A stretch of 59,737 nt of DNA from Myxococcota bacterium (lineage in GTDB: Bacteria > Myxococcota_A > UBA796): assembly GCA_036127535.1 (NCBI GenBank), contig JAYYRF010000850.1:1-59737 (forward strand), written 5' to 3'. Under the pieces are notes generated by a model. It was given only the letters and a program-made list of their open reading frames with translations. It ran no database searches and was not told the DNA's origin. Position numbers and translations under genes: made by a program. This document shows positions 17,981 to 26,064 of this stretch, piece by piece (position 1 is the stretch's first letter; each line of letters begins with the position of its first letter).

Positions 17981-19489
17981 CTACCTAATAATTTGTCTTT
18001 TGGGTTTTCTATATCTACCCTCTAATGCATTAGAGGGCTTTAGAAAAGCCATTATCTCAATATGTGCACTTTGTGGAATCATATCATACGCCTTTACAGA
18101 TAAAATATCCCAACCCAACTTCTGAAAAGCCTGTAAGTCTTCCACCAAAGTCCGCGGGTTACAGGATATATACGCCAGTGCAGAGGGGAGTAGATTGGAT
18201 ATACCCTCGACAACACCGTCTTCCAATCCTCTCCGAGCCGGATCGACAACCACAAACGGACGTTCCAATCGTTTGATCTGCTGATCGAGCAATTGTTCGA
18301 CCTGCCCCGCGTGAAAATTCGCCTTGAGTCCATTGATTAAAGCATTGTCTTTTGCTCGTTCAATTGCGCCACGGATTCCTTCGATACCGGTAACGGAGTC
18401 AAATGCGCGGGCCAATGCCAAGGAGAAGAAACCCACCCCGCAATAGAGATCCAACATGGGTCTTTCTCGGTAAGAATGGGCAAAGGAAATCAAATCGCGT
18501 TGTAGTTTCTCTGCCATGTATGGATTCACCTGAAAAAAATCACCCACCCCGATGCGATAATACAAGCCCAGGCTCTTTTCCTGAATCGTCTTCGATCCTC
18601 TCAATATTTGAGAACGAATGGCCCCAGACTCGGTACGGGAAAAAATCGCGTTTCCTTCGTCTTTGTTGATGTGCAAGGAGACTCCGGTTACCGGTAGCGG
18701 CATATCCAAAAGCCAATCTGCCAACTCGTCGTATCCTCGATGAGGATGGGTTGCTACAAAGCACAAATGTATATTGCCACTGTGTCGAGACTGGCGAGCA
18801 ACAATGTAGCGTAGTCCTGTTGGCTGCTCAGCCGAGTATGCAAAAATCCGGTTGTCTTGTGGGCCTTTGTAGCGTCGGATCAACGCATGCGCCAGCTTTT
18901 TCGCAACCAGTCGAAGCTGCTTCGTAACCACCTCGCAATTGGGTATTGGAGCTACTTGGTTTCGTCGGTTGCGAACGCCGATTTTCATGGTTCCATCATC
19001 CGTGGTCACGACGAGTTTAATCTGATGTCGATATTCGAGAGCTTCACCTTGCTCTATACCGTCCAAACGAAACTCTTTGCCGTCAATGGATTCCAAAAGA
19101 CCGTTGAGCATCGAGAGTTTCGCATTTTTTTGGCCTTCTTGATTGAGATGCATGAACGGACACCCACCGCAAGGAGTATAGTGTTCGCACGAGGGCTCAA
19201 CTCTGGACCGATGTGGTTCCTTGGCTTTCACATACTCCATGAGAGTTTGATGCTCTCCGCGATGAACCAATTTGTGTTTGGCCTTCTCGTTCGGTATGCC
19301 GCTCCAAATTAAGATACGACGATTCCCTTCGTTGTAAACCGCTTCTCCTTTTGCACTCCAAGAAGTGGGTTCTAAAATCCGGAAGCTCTTATCTTTCGGT
19401 GTTCGCTCTTTACGAAAACGGCGTTTTCCACGAGTATCTTTTTTTCGATCGTCTCTCTTTCTCTTCTTATCGCCAGAAAAATGTTTCAT
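17981..19489 (-). CDS. RumA/TrmA-family (uracil-5-)-RNA methyltransferase with Fe-S Cys cluster and basic N-terminal extension
   Basis: Contains CEHYTPCGGCPFMHL (cluster Cys), DLYCGVGFFSLALA (SAM motif I), VVVDPARRGL and YISCNPRTL (nucleophile Cys motif). The N-terminal 35 aa are about half Lys/Arg. Confidence 0.85.
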   Translation of the reverse strand: MKHFSGDKKRKRDDRKKDTRGKRRFRKERTPKDKSFRILEPTSWSAKGEAVYNEGNRRILIWSGIPNEKAKHKLVHRGEHQTLMEYVKAKEPHRSRVEPSCEHYTPCGGCPFMHLNQEGQKNAKLSMLNGLLESIDGKEFRLDGIEQGEALEYRHQIKLVVTTDDGTMKIGVRNRRNQVAPIPNCEVVTKQLRLVAKKLAHALIRRYKGPQDNRIFAYSAEQPTGLRYIVARQSRHSGNIHLCFVATHPHRGYDELADWLLDMPLPVTGVSLHINKDEGNAIFSRTESGAIRSQILRGSKTIQEKSLGLYYRIGVGDFFQVNPYMAEKLQRDLISFAHSYRERPMLDLYCGVGFFSLALARAFDSVTGIEGIRGAIERAKDNALINGLKANFHAGQVEQLLDQQIKRLERPFVVVDPARRGLEDGVVEGISNLLPSALAYISCNPRTLVEDLQAFQKLGWDILSVKAYDMIPQSAHIEIMAFLKPSNALEGRYRKPKRQIIR

Positions 19490-19492
19490 AAT

Positions 19493-19966
19493 CTAGTGCC
19501 ATGACTTTACGGACATCATTGCGTAGATCAGTAAAATCAAAACCAATTCGACAATAAAACCCCAAAACAAGGACTTACTCGGCGCGCCGCCGACGAGCGC
19601 GACACTCAAATCCGACTTTACCATGCGCTTTGCAGCAACCTCTATCCCTCCCCAACACAAGATAGAGACGAGTACCCACCAAAAAGACAGAATGGATCGG
19701 TTTTGGAATTGCGGATCGGAAAGAAGCCAAATGAAACCGAGGATGAGATTCAAACGACCACCAAAAAGAACGATTCTATGCCCCCACTGCATCATTTTGG
19801 CCAATGGTATCGGATTTTTAGACACCGATAATGCAAACGCAATGTTGACGAGAGAGGCTACAAAAACAAGATTCGCCAAGCCGGAGTGGGAATGAGAGAG
19901 TCCCGTAATCATCTTTCCCAACTGCGCTCCGTCAGTAGCAGCCAGCAAACCAACACAATCTAGCAT
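19493..19966 (-). CDS. Small integral membrane protein (hypothetical)
   Basis: 157 aa with four hydrophobic segments. It lies 3 nt upstream of the methyltransferase gene. Confidence 0.5.
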   Translation of the reverse strand: MLDCVGLLAATDGAQLGKMITGLSHSHSGLANLVFVASLVNIAFALSVSKNPIPLAKMMQWGHRIVLFGGRLNLILGFIWLLSDPQFQNRSILSFWWVLVSILCWGGIEVAAKRMVKSDLSVALVGGAPSKSLFWGFIVELVLILLIYAMMSVKSWH

Positions 19967-20022
19967 ATGCGATCCCCATAAACGTTGTCTGCTCTTTTTA
20001 GCCTACTCTACAAAAAAATCCA

Positions 20023-22293
20023 CTACAGAGTTAGTCTGCGATAAATTTGAGGCATGAGTGTCGGTAATTTCTCGACGCGCTCCAAAACGATAAAACCGTG
20101 TTTTCCATACATTTGAGCAAGGTAATCTGCACCATCGGGATCAACGGTAATACAAAAAGGATATATGCCTCGTTTTTTGACCTCCAACAACGCTTTCTTT
20201 GTGTCTGCTTGGGCGTAAGAGTCCGCATACTGAGAACCACCGCAGTCCAGCGGCTTGCCATCACTCAAAAGGATTAAGATTTTCGTTTTCGATTTTTGTT
20301 TCTCGAGACGAGCACAGCAGTGGCGAATCGCCGCGCCATCTCGATTTTCCATTTTCCAATTCATATTGCCCAAACGATTTTGGGTCGTTTCGTTCCAAGA
20401 GTCTGTAAATTCCTTCGCAATGTAAAATGCCACTTGCCGGCGGCCATAGCCGCTGAAACCATAAATGGCAAAAGAGTCCCCCAACGCATCGAGCGCCTCT
20501 GCCGTTATCGCCAAAGCTTCTTTTTCAACATCGATGATTTTCTTATCGCTTCCGTGGATCAATTCGTTGGTAGAGGAAGACATGTCAATCAAAAAAGCAA
20601 CGGATACCGATCGCTGTAAACGATGTTTTCGAATGTAGAACCGCATATCATTTTCACCATTCCGACGCGCAATTTTCGCGGCAATCAGGCGATCAAAATC
20701 TATACTTTCTCCATCTTCCCGCCCCCGAAGCGGACTCCAATTTTCCGGACGCAAAGCGAAAAAAGACTTTCGAAGATGTTGAATCTCCGCCCGATACTGC
20801 AGTCGCACTCCGTCTACAAAATCATTTTTTCGATCAAACACCCTCAATTCTTGTACGCTTGTCCACTTCGGCTTCTCTTCTTGGATGGTCTCGTCCCATT
20901 CCGGGTACACATATTGTCCGACCAACACCTGACTTTCTTCTTCGAGTTTCGGAGCCATGGCTGTTTTTTGCTTTGTACGAGCAGGACCTGATGGTCCCGG
21001 CATGCGGTCAAAAAATTCCGACACCTCCTTGAATTGAAATTCCTGACCGCTTTTTTGTGTATGCGTTCGAATTCTACGCTGGCTTTCTTGTGCGAGTAAT
21101 TGTTGCCGATCTTTTTTTGACAAGGCGCTCGCGTCCATCATTCCTCGCTCTTGAGACACGGAAAGACGATTATACCGCGGGAACGTTCCAAAGAACTGCG
21201 CCGCCATCGGATATACCTCTTTGAGCAAAGAAATCGTATCCTGCACGCTCGATCGATCGTTCAAAGCGTTTTTTATTGTTCGAAAGCACTCCTTTGCAAC
21301 GCGTAACGCATCATCATCTTCCCCTAGCAGAAGCAATCGATACAGACTTTCGACAAAGTATGGCACCGGTGCCAATGTTTCGAGACGCGGCCTTGGGGGT
21401 CTCCATGCTTTTCCAAGAATCTCCATATCTCGAGCCACACCTGGATATTCGTGGCGCAGCAAGTGCTCGACGCGTGCATTTTCGATAATAAAGAATAAAT
21501 CTTGTGCGAGAGATGAATTGCCGAAGGAGCGAAACAACCGTTCTATTTCGAGCTCGTCCGGACGAGGATACGCCCATTCACCCTCCATATCGGACAAAGT
21601 AAAATTTAAGGTGCCGAATTCAATGTATCCGGCATTTCTAGCCGTTAAGACACGGTATGCGAGAGCGGGATCGGAAAAAGATACCTTTGGTGGAAGATAG
21701 ATGTGTTTTCCATCACAAAAGGATCGTTCCGATATTCGTATATCAACATCTGCGCCACAGTGTGCACGCGCATAAAGCGTTAGCGAAGCCTTTTTCTCCT
21801 CCAATACCGTCTTTTTGACCAACGACGTCATACGGTATGCGCTTGCGCTTTCTCCGTTGAGAAATGCTTCAAATTCAGGTTTCGTCTTTTTGGTTTTCGC
21901 GTGGGCAATGAATTCGTTTAACTCAGTATCGCAGAAGCGATCGAGTAGGGATGGTAACGTGCGCATCAAAACCCTAAAAATGTCTGGTCTTTCCAGTTCT
22001 TCCAACAAAACCGAAAAGAATCTCTCTAGATCTGACTCCTCGACCGCCAAAAGAGAATCCGCCAAAGAATAGGGAATATCTCGCGCAAGATCCGTATCGA
22101 CACCCAAGGCGAAACACAAAAATTCCGTTCCCTGACGAACCGTTTCTCTTCCTCTTTTTTTCTCTAACTCCCCCGCTCTTTTAGACCACTTTCGAAAAGT
22201 GACCCAATCCGATTTCAGCAACCGTACAAACGGAAGAAAAAAGGATGTCATGCTGTTGGATAAAAGACCGGTCTTGCCAGAGGAGTTTTTCAT
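20023..22293 (-). CDS. NorD/CbbO-like von Willebrand factor A domain protein
   Basis: 756 aa. The C-terminal vWA domain has a MIDAS motif (VAFLIDMSSSTNE), then GFSGYGRR, ENRDGAAIRH, ILILLSDGKPLD and PFCITVD, matching the NorD/CbbO C-terminal pattern. Confidence 0.8.
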   Translation of the reverse strand: MKNSSGKTGLLSNSMTSFFLPFVRLLKSDWVTFRKWSKRAGELEKKRGRETVRQGTEFLCFALGVDTDLARDIPYSLADSLLAVEESDLERFFSVLLEELERPDIFRVLMRTLPSLLDRFCDTELNEFIAHAKTKKTKPEFEAFLNGESASAYRMTSLVKKTVLEEKKASLTLYARAHCGADVDIRISERSFCDGKHIYLPPKVSFSDPALAYRVLTARNAGYIEFGTLNFTLSDMEGEWAYPRPDELEIERLFRSFGNSSLAQDLFFIIENARVEHLLRHEYPGVARDMEILGKAWRPPRPRLETLAPVPYFVESLYRLLLLGEDDDALRVAKECFRTIKNALNDRSSVQDTISLLKEVYPMAAQFFGTFPRYNRLSVSQERGMMDASALSKKDRQQLLAQESQRRIRTHTQKSGQEFQFKEVSEFFDRMPGPSGPARTKQKTAMAPKLEEESQVLVGQYVYPEWDETIQEEKPKWTSVQELRVFDRKNDFVDGVRLQYRAEIQHLRKSFFALRPENWSPLRGREDGESIDFDRLIAAKIARRNGENDMRFYIRKHRLQRSVSVAFLIDMSSSTNELIHGSDKKIIDVEKEALAITAEALDALGDSFAIYGFSGYGRRQVAFYIAKEFTDSWNETTQNRLGNMNWKMENRDGAAIRHCCARLEKQKSKTKILILLSDGKPLDCGGSQYADSYAQADTKKALLEVKKRGIYPFCITVDPDGADYLAQMYGKHGFIVLERVEKLPTLMPQIYRRLTL

Positions 22294-22370
22294 ATTTTCC
22301 CATCGTAGGAACCACTATCCCAATTGACTACCGAAATTGAGTTTCGATATGTGAAATTTAGCAGATTGGT

Positions 22371-22376
22371 TATAAT
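22371..22376 (+). promoter_or_regulatory. Candidate -10 hexamer (TATAAT) for the caspase-like/FAD-oxidoreductase operon
   Basis: A perfect TATAAT lies 41 nt upstream of the ATG at 22418, in an AT-rich 124-nt divergent intergenic region. There is no convincing -35. Confidence 0.25.
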
Positions 22377-22417
22377 ACAACAACATCAAAGCCTTTTCAT
22401 TTCCTTCAGGACTGACC

Positions 22418-24148
22418 ATGCATATAATTTTGTTAATCTTAAGCTTTTTGGTACCAGCCAGCGCCTTAGAGCCTCCGAGTGTTGAACCCCCCATACTCGG
22501 TAAAGGACTGAATAAGACCGACGCTGCGGTTATCATCGGTAATGAGTCCTATCAGAAGTTTCCACAAGTGGTATTCGCAGCAAAGGACGGGGAACTCATG
22601 GCGGAGTACTTTCGTAAATCCCTCCGTCTGTACAAAAGCAGAATCTTTTCTCTCACCAATGCCAATCGCAAAAAAATGGAATCCAGTATTAAAAAAGCAT
22701 CCAAAAAAGTTCGAAATGGAACGCTATGGGTCTTTTTTTCCGGTCACGGATATGTCCAAGAGAGTGGAGAACGAGCTCTGCTGCCCGCCGATATCAAAGA
22801 CGAAGAGTTGAACGAAAAGAGCATTAGCTTTAACGACATCATCGCGATTGCACGAAAAAATAAGCGCGGCAAAAACATCATAATTATTGCGGACGCCAAT
22901 TTTGGAAACACCGGACGCGATGGTCTGAGTATCTTTGGGCGCACTAAGGTACCCGCAGCGTCCCCACTGCCGAACTCCAATCCAACCGAAGTGATATGGA
23001 TCCCCTCTGAAGATCACAGTTCGTCGCCCAATTTACCGATATCGCAACACGGATTGTTTACATACCTCGTGTCTGGATCCTTGCGCGGTTGGGCGGATGG
23101 AGAGATTTCAGGCCAAGAGGATGGTACGCTCACATTACACGAAGCACAAAGCTATGTGCGCCACAAAATGGTCTCCATGGGCGTACCGATTAAGCCATCG
23201 ATTCACCAACACGCTGATGCCCAAAAAATTGAATTCACCACACCTCGAATCGAAAAGGGACCAGACGTGCAAGCGCTCAAAGAACTGTCTGTCGATCTGC
23301 GCGCCCGCCGTTTTGAAGAAGCTGCGGATTTTTTAAAGGCACGGGCAACCAGCAACTGGCAAATCAGCATGTATAAAGCGCAAAAAGGAGGATCCGATGG
23401 TGAAAAAGCTCTCCGCGACTTTTTGGACGAGTACGAATATGCAACGATCAACATGCGATGGGCTGTCTATGTACCCGAAGTCGAACAAGCCAGACAACTT
23501 TTGAAAAGCTACGAACTCAAGGGAAATATCGCAGACTTCAAGGTAGAAGACTGTCAAGACCGATCTCAAATGAAATCCAAGGCTATGATCGGCGCTCTTT
23601 CCGATGCGCAAATCGCCTGTATGGAAAGTCAAATCCGGCTCAACCGTACACAAACGGAGCGATCCAAAATATCGCTTGTCCTCATCACCAACGCCCAGAT
23701 GAAAAAAGATCTCAAATCGTACGAGAAACTCGTTCGTCGTCATCTTGAGCAATACGACAGAAGTGATCCAACGCTTTGTCTTGCCTTTGCTATATTTCTA
23801 TACAAAAAAGGAGAAAGTAAGTACGAAGAGTCTTTAAAGTGGGCGGATTATGCCAACGAAAATCGTATGCAATGGGAAGGTGGTTCCGATTTTGTGCAAA
23901 AGTCCAACACTTTGTTCAAGCTACGCTCTGAACTCGCCACCAATCTATGGGTTTTGGCAGAAGACGCTTTCCGTAAAGAAAAAACCCCCGAAAATGAAGA
24001 CAACGTTCAAAATAACCAAGGAAAAGCCAAAGAGTATGCGCGCGAGTGGTTAGACTATTGTCGGGCTGCCAATCTACCGGAACAGGCTCGTAGAGCGTTT
24101 GATATGTGCGTATCTGCTGCTGGAAATGTCGACCTTTGTCGAGAATGA
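22418..24148 (+). CDS. Secreted caspase-fold (peptidase C14-like) protein lacking the catalytic Cys, with helical C-terminal domain
   Basis: Signal peptide MHIILLILSFLVPASA. The p20-like pattern is present: AAVIIGNESY, VFFSGHG (His120), then IIIIADANFGNTG where the family has D-A-C (Asn161, codon AAT at 22898-22900). The ~330-aa C-terminus is helical and repeat-like. Confidence 0.75.
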   Translation: MHIILLILSFLVPASALEPPSVEPPILGKGLNKTDAAVIIGNESYQKFPQVVFAAKDGELMAEYFRKSLRLYKSRIFSLTNANRKKMESSIKKASKKVRNGTLWVFFSGHGYVQESGERALLPADIKDEELNEKSISFNDIIAIARKNKRGKNIIIIADANFGNTGRDGLSIFGRTKVPAASPLPNSNPTEVIWIPSEDHSSSPNLPISQHGLFTYLVSGSLRGWADGEISGQEDGTLTLHEAQSYVRHKMVSMGVPIKPSIHQHADAQKIEFTTPRIEKGPDVQALKELSVDLRARRFEEAADFLKARATSNWQISMYKAQKGGSDGEKALRDFLDEYEYATINMRWAVYVPEVEQARQLLKSYELKGNIADFKVEDCQDRSQMKSKAMIGALSDAQIACMESQIRLNRTQTERSKISLVLITNAQMKKDLKSYEKLVRRHLEQYDRSDPTLCLAFAIFLYKKGESKYEESLKWADYANENRMQWEGGSDFVQKSNTLFKLRSELATNLWVLAEDAFRKEKTPENEDNVQNNQGKAKEYAREWLDYCRAANLPEQARRAFDMCVSAAGNVDLCRE

Positions 24149-25308
24149 ATCCGTGGTTTCAAAATCCTCTTCTCGATAAAAAAACACCGCCGTCGGTTGT
24201 AGACGTATCCATCATTGGAGCCTCACTCCACGGATTGTATCTTTCCTATCTGCTCAGACAAGCCGGTTTGAAGGTATCGGTATTCGAAGAAAGGTCTGAG
24301 GTGGCGTCGGGTTTTTCCAGGCGATCTATCGGTCAAGCTCAACTCGGACTCGGAGACAATCCGTATCGAGTTGGTCTCTCCTTGGGAAAAGAAGGTCTAC
24401 AGAAAATCCTTCGATTCTCTGCACGCAGTCTTAACCTTCTTTCACAATGGAACGGCTTTTACCCAACAGGGGGGCTCGAGATCGCCAAAGACCCCAGAGA
24501 AGAAGAAGAAATCCGTCTTTCTTGGTCTATCTCGAAAGAACTGGGTTTTCCCAACGAGCACTGGCCAGCCAAAAAACTGCAAGGAACACTAAAGGTACCC
24601 TCTTTATTATCGGGACGGTTTTTGCCCCAAGAAGGAATTGCCGACTTGTATGTTTTGACTCAAAATCTCTTTCAACATGCCCGTCAAGAAGGGGTAAGCG
24701 TTCATTGTCCAATCCGCATACACGAAATTCAAGACGGCAACCACGGTCAAATCATCATACACGAACAAGGAGAAACCCGAACGGAAGTTACGGTCTATAC
24801 CAGTGGCCTCAACATACCGAGACTCCTCCCATATCTAGCCGACAAGCATACGACGGTTCGCGCACAAGCAATTGGATACAAAAGAACAACACCCTCTCAT
24901 CTTTGGGGATGCCGGGCGCAATACGGATATGTGTACTGGCGAGACTATTTGGATTATCGACTGCTCGGAGGCTGCCGTTGGGCAACGACGCACCTAGAAC
25001 AAGGCGAGACTGATGACACAATCACCGTGCCAAAAATCGAAGATTTTTTGCGCGCCTTTGCACAAAAAGACTTTGGAGAAGAGAACCCGATCGTAACCTA
25101 TCGTTGGTCAGGTATCGAGGAACGAAGCTGTGATGGACTCCCCATTATCGGTACTCTCCCCGGTAGAATTGATACGCTGTTGTGTACCGCGCTGCAGGGC
25201 AAGGAGCTCGGACTTGGATTCGCCGGCGCAGAGGCAATCGGAGAATTACTGATCCACGGTCAATCGAGTACCCTTCCTGATATTTTCTCTCCTCGACGCT
25301 TTCTATAA
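24145..25308 (+). CDS. FAD-dependent oxidoreductase (DAO/glycine-oxidase-like family)
   Basis: The start ATG at 24145 overlaps the stop of the caspase-like gene (ATGA). The N-terminal beta-alpha-beta reads VDVSIIGASLHGLYLSYLLRQAGLKVSVFEE (GxSxxG variant, acidic end). The C-terminus reads ..DGLPIIG... Confidence 0.75.
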   Translation: MNPWFQNPLLDKKTPPSVVDVSIIGASLHGLYLSYLLRQAGLKVSVFEERSEVASGFSRRSIGQAQLGLGDNPYRVGLSLGKEGLQKILRFSARSLNLLSQWNGFYPTGGLEIAKDPREEEEIRLSWSISKELGFPNEHWPAKKLQGTLKVPSLLSGRFLPQEGIADLYVLTQNLFQHARQEGVSVHCPIRIHEIQDGNHGQIIIHEQGETRTEVTVYTSGLNIPRLLPYLADKHTTVRAQAIGYKRTTPSHLWGCRAQYGYVYWRDYLDYRLLGGCRWATTHLEQGETDDTITVPKIEDFLRAFAQKDFGEENPIVTYRWSGIEERSCDGLPIIGTLPGRIDTLLCTALQGKELGLGFAGAEAIGELLIHGQSSTLPDIFSPRRFL

Positions 25309-25369
25309 ACGGATCTTCTTGCTACCAAAACACGCTTTTATTATAGAATAGAGAAGAAGAGGAAATCCC

Positions 25370-26059
25370 GTGTTGTTCTTTCTATTTTTCTTTCAGCTTT
25401 GTTTCGCACAAGAACCCGGAATGGGTATATGGAAATCGATTTGTCAACAGTCGTCCGACTGCATTGGATATCTCATCTGTCAGGAAGGACGATGTATCCC
25501 TCCCAACCCTCCAAGTGAGAAGCAATGCTCCAATTTTAGCTTTGCTCATTACGATACCGCCGGTCAAAAATTATCACAGTGCCCTCCAGATTGCGGATTT
25601 AAAGAAGATCCGATTTATGGGCCGTACTGCATTACCAACGAACAAGGTTGTCTTTCATCGGCTCTTTGTCGGGAAGAGGGATACTGCGCATTTGATGGAA
25701 AACAGTGCACCCTCTCCGAGGAGGGATGTGCGTCCTCGGCTCAATGTCTCATTCGCGGAGAATGTGGCTTTGACGGCAAAAAATGTGTTGCGACCAAAGA
25801 GGGATGTAGCCTGTCGTCTCTTTGTAAAAATGAAGGTTGGTGTGCGTACATTCCCGGCCCCAAAGATTACGAAGCTTCTCATGGAACCTGTGGACGGAGT
25901 AAAAGTGGTTGCAGTCAATCGTTGACGTGTAGACAAAAGGGTAAATGTGGCTTTGAAAATGGCTCATGCACTGCGACAGCACAAGGGTGCGCAAACTCCA
26001 TGGACTGCAAACAGCAAGAGATCTGCCGGTATCAGCGATTCCAAGGCTGTCTCAAATAG
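25370..26059 (+). CDS. Secreted Cys-rich repeat protein
   Basis: GTG start and a hydrophobic signal peptide (MLFFLFFFQLCFAQEP). 29 Cys in 229 aa. There are five ~26-aa units with spacing C-x5-C-x5-C-x6-C-x6. Confidence 0.7.
   Translation: MLFFLFFFQLCFAQEPGMGIWKSICQQSSDCIGYLICQEGRCIPPNPPSEKQCSNFSFAHYDTAGQKLSQCPPDCGFKEDPIYGPYCITNEQGCLSSALCREEGYCAFDGKQCTLSEEGCASSAQCLIRGECGFDGKKCVATKEGCSLSSLCKNEGWCAYIPGPKDYEASHGTCGRSKSGCSQSLTCRQKGKCGFENGSCTATAQGCANSMDCKQQEICRYQRFQGCLK
25646..26050 (+). repeat. Five coding repeats (~26 aa) with fixed Cys spacing C-x5-C-x5-C-x6-C-x6
   Basis: Cys occur at residues 94/100/106/113, 120/126/132/139, 146/152/158/174, 181/187/193/200 and 207/213/219/227. The third unit carries a 9-aa insertion. 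Confidence 0.85.
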
Positions 26060-26064
26060 CCCAC

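Noticed and set aside
24106-24144. Upstream extension of the FAD-oxidoreductase ORF (MRICCWKCRPLSR).
   Set aside because: It lies inside the caspase-like gene in another frame. The ATG at 24145 gives the canonical ATGA coupling and places the dinucleotide-binding fold near the N-terminus.
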